From Squalus acanthias (lineage: Eukaryota), in assembly GCA_030390025.1 (NCBI GenBank), contig CM059431.1, positions 110,114,001 to 110,178,000 of the forward strand: a stretch of 64,000 bases of DNA. Reading direction: 5' to 3'. Shown in pieces: positions 60,760-64,000 of the stretch. The position numbers and the translations under genes are program-made. The number at the start of each line of letters is the position of its first letter. The first letter of the stretch is position 1. The notes under the pieces are model-generated. The model was not told where the DNA came from. It made no database searches and worked only from the letters and a program-made list of their open reading frames with translations.

Positions 60760-61525
60760 ATCCCAACATAATGCCCTTATACATCCCCCCTTCCCACTCT
60801 CCAGGGCCCCAAACACCCCTTCCAGGTGAAACAGCGATTTACTTGTATTTCTTGCAATCTAGTATACTGTATTCGCTGCTCACGATGTGGTCTCCTCTAC
60901 ATTGGGGAGACCAAACGCAGATTGGGTGACCGCTTTGCGAAACACCTCCGTTCAGTCCGTAAGGGTGACCCCGAGCTTCCGGTCGCTTATCATTTTAATT
61001 CACCTCTCCACGCCCACTCAGACCTCACCGTCCTCGGCCTCGCGCATTGTTCCACGGAAGCTCAGCGTAAGCTCGAGGAACAGCACTTCATCTTCCGATT
61101 AGGCACTTTACAGCCTTCCGGACTCAATATCGAGTTCAACAATTTCAGATCATAACCTCGGCCCCCACCATATATACATTTTATCCACCCTTTTGGTTTG
61201 TGCCTTTTCCCTTTTTTTTCTCTCTCTTCCCCCTACGGCAGCTGTCTCTCATTCTGCCAGCATTTCACACTTCACACTTCTGAGCCACCTTTTGTTTCTT
61301 AACCTGTCCTATTACCATCTCGTCTTGCCTTGAGCAATTCTTAATGTCTCTACTTACCATAGACCACCCCTTTTGTTCTTTTATTCCTCCCCCTTGCTTT
61401 TTTATCTGTTTCATTTCCTGCTTTTTTCTCAGTTCTGACGAAGGGTTTCGACCTGAAACGTTAACTCTGTTTCTCTCTCCACGGATGTTGCCTGGCCTGC
61501 TGAGTTTTTCCAGCGTTTTCTGTTG
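60760..61525 (+). mobile_element. Penelope-like retroelement 3' end: GIY-YIG endonuclease ORF remnant (60826-61155) and terminal repeat with hammerhead motif (61431-61466)
   Basis: NLVYCIRCSRCGLLYIGETKRRLGDRFAKH...VAYHFN...RKLEEQHFIFRLGTLQPSGLN; the CxxC between the GIY- and YIG-like motifs is typical of Penelope. Confidence 0.9.
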
Positions 61526-62252
61526 TTGTTCCAACATAATGCCCACCTCATTACTGCCTACACCTGTTTTAAAAATTTCCACTAGTCTTTAGTTATCTTT
61601 TATATCCAGTGTATCTGTAAGAATCTTCATGATTGTTTATTTTCAGAACCAAGGGGCAACATTTGCGTAATGAATGCAGCTGGCATTTCATGTTTGACGA
61701 GTTAATCGTGAACCAATACCAATCTGCAGCCACAGAGTTGTTGCACAAGTCTTACATAATGTACCCAAAGGAGACAAGTATGTGCACTGCATTCACATAT
61801 GCACACAATTTCATTCATAAAGCTAATGCATTCTAAGGTTTCGTGCCACGAGGTTCAAAACATCTAAGTGCAGTGTAATTCAACCCTATCCACATTTCAA
61901 ACCTGACCTTTACAAATAAAATAATCTGTAATGTCAAATCAATTTATTAATTTGCAATATAAGAAATAGGCTGTAAGACGCAAAGAATATGAGGTACTTT
62001 TGCTTCAAGTAGAGCCGAAGGTTCTTATTTGCATTCTGCAAAATTTACATTCTAATCTGATTGTTTATTTCACAAATGCATCTTAAGCTGGATGAGAGCC
62101 AAATCATATTAAGGCCTGTATGATGTAGTACAAATCTCATTAATTGGCACATAGTGGCAATGATAGTCTCAACAGGTGAAATGCAATATGCAACCAGAGT
62201 CTTGAGATTCACTATATTTTGTTTCTGCTCCTCTTCAATGATCTCAGCTCCT

Positions 62253-62770
62253 CAACAACAACTTGCATTTATATAGTGCCTTTAATGTAGTAAAACATCC
62301 CAAAGTGCCTCACAGGAGTGTTAGCAGACAAAATTTGACACCGAACCACATAAGATATTAGGACAGGTGACCAAAAGCTTGGTCAAAGAGGTAGGTTCTA
62401 ATGAGTGCCTTAAAGGAGGAGAGAGAGGCGGGGAGGTTTAGGGAGGGTATTCCAGAGCTTGGGGCCTAGCAGCGGACGGCACAGCCACCAATGGTGGGGC
62501 GAAGGAAATTGTGGATGCACAAGAAACCAGAATTGTAGGAACGCAGAGATCTCTGAATGGAGGAGGTTACAGAGATAGGGACTGGCGAACAATCTTCTCG
62601 CTAAGCTGGGCATCCGCGCTGGCCACTCACAAGCTTTTCCATTGGGAATACTGCGCATGAGCAGAAATTTAAAGGGACCGCGCAGTGAAATACACAGGCT
62701 GCGCACAACAAAGCGCAGCTTAGAGGGAACATTGGTGGTGAGCCCATGGAGTTGATTTGAACACTTCTGA
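62253..62770 (-). mobile_element. L2 3' end with a nested hAT-like MITE (62590-62734)
   Basis: Tail CAACAACAACTTGCATTTATATAG; LGPKLWNTLP; MITE ends CAATCTTCTCGCTAAGCTG / CAGCTTAGAGGGAACATTG with a degenerate 8-bp TSD. Confidence 0.75.
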
Positions 62771-62789
62771 AGGCGCTGAGACATGCTTG

Positions 62790-63105
62790 GGTTTTGTTTT
62801 CATGGACACGGGTCACCCTCCAGTACTTCAGCCCAGTAGACATTCTTCACACATGAGCCTAGACAGAGTATCAGTAGGACACTCAACCATGTACAGCTTG
62901 TGCCTGATCTCACCCGACACGCACATCCAGTCGGAGTGACCAAATAGCACTCGAGAGGGCATTTCCCTTCTGTAACCCGGGGTACTGAGGCCAATTATAA
63001 CATCTCCAATGCCAACCATCTGAGATCAGGTAGCTCAGCACGGACCTCAAAGTTGAACCTGAGACTTTTACAATCTGTATAACCCAGTTTGCCAGTAAAC
63101 ACTGC
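62790..63105 (-). mobile_element. Old tRNA-derived SINE, AmnSINE2-like
   Basis: Minus strand GTCCGTGCTGAGCTACCTGATCTCAG...ATAATTGGCCTCAGTACCCCGGG...TGTCTAGGCTCATGTGTGAAGAATG. Family name from recall. Confidence 0.55.
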
Positions 63106-63317
63106 ACTTAGAACTAAAGCATGGAAGGAGTTTCAATTTACTGTATTTTGGTGCTGTTTTTATTTTGAGAGTGAATTCAGTGTCACATTTTACTATCCAT
63201 TGAAAAGAAACATATCTGTGTGATTGTTAGTAAGAATTCTGGCACTCGTGCTGTAAGTTTTTAATAATTATGCAAATCTATACTTTGTCTGAACTGTAAA
63301 ATTGATTGCTGTGTTTT

Positions 63318-64000
63318 TTTATTCATCCATGTGATTTGGGCGTCGCTAGCAAGGCCAGCATTTGTTGCCCACCTCTAATTGCCCTTGAGAAGGTGGTGGT
63401 GAGCCGCCTTCTTGAACCGCTGCAGTCCGTGTGATAAAGGTACTGTTAGGGAGGGAGTTCCAGTACTTTGACTCAGCGACGATGAAGGAAGGGTGATATA
63501 TTTCCAAGTCAGGATGGTGTGTGACTTGGAGGGGAACTTGGAGGTGGTGGTGTTCCCATGTGCCTGCTGCCCTTGCCCTTCTAGGTGGTAGAGGTCGCAG
63601 GTTTGGGAGATGCTGTTGAAGAAGCCTTGGCGAGTTGCTGCAGTGCATCTTGTAGATGGTACACACTGCAGCCATGGTGCGCTGGTGGTGGTGGTAGTGA
63701 ATGTTTAAGGTGGTGGATGGGGTGCCAATCAAGCGGGCTGCTTTGTCCTGGATGATGTCGAGCTTCTTGAGTGTTGTTGGAGCTGCACTCATCCAGGCAA
63801 GTGGAGAGTATGCCATCACACTGCTGACTTGTGCCTTGTAGATGGTGGAAAGGCTTTGGGGAGTCAGGAGGTGAGTCACTCGCTGCGGAATACCGAGCCT
63901 CTGACCTGCTCTTGTAGCCAAAGTATTTGTGGCTGGTCCAGTTAAGTTTCTGGTCAATGGTGACCTCCCCCCGCCCCCCCAGGATGTTAATGGTGAGGAA
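63318..64000 (-). mobile_element. LINE 3' end, same family as 1640-2580; runs off the window
   Basis: ORF 63346-63957: RAGQRLGI...LSTIYKAQVSSVMAYSPLAW. Confidence 0.85.

Noticed and set aside
60826..61155. Novel standalone nuclease gene downstream of PIBF1
   Set aside because: It is the truncated C-terminal GIY-YIG domain of a Penelope retroelement, followed by its terminal repeat.

Overview
Vertebrate genomic DNA, most likely a cartilaginous fish (inferred from the repeat families). The window holds the 3' part of PIBF1 (CEP90) on the + strand: seven coding exons (1065-1215, 2945-3035, 12344-12446, 41234-41364, 50387-50471, 55326-55502, 59678-59731 with TGA) with AG/GT sites and matching phases, then a 3' UTR with AATAAA at 60292. 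The introns are packed with transposons. PIF/Harbinger DNA transposons include one decayed two-gene element, Myb/SANT-only derivatives, a decayed transposase and many MITEs. Other repeats are CR1 LINEs (one with an SGNH-esterase ORF1), L2 and related LINE 3' ends, a Penelope GIY-YIG remnant, old tRNA-type SINEs, hAT-like MITEs and a Tigger/pogo HTH relic. The most notable signals are (1) five minimal hammerhead-ribozyme motifs in Penelope-derived repeats, one a 138-bp unit with its own 13-bp TSD, and (2) a shared palindromic target site recoverable from several different Harbinger insertions. I found no convincing wholly new biological system. Repeat family names come from recalled consensus features, not database searches.
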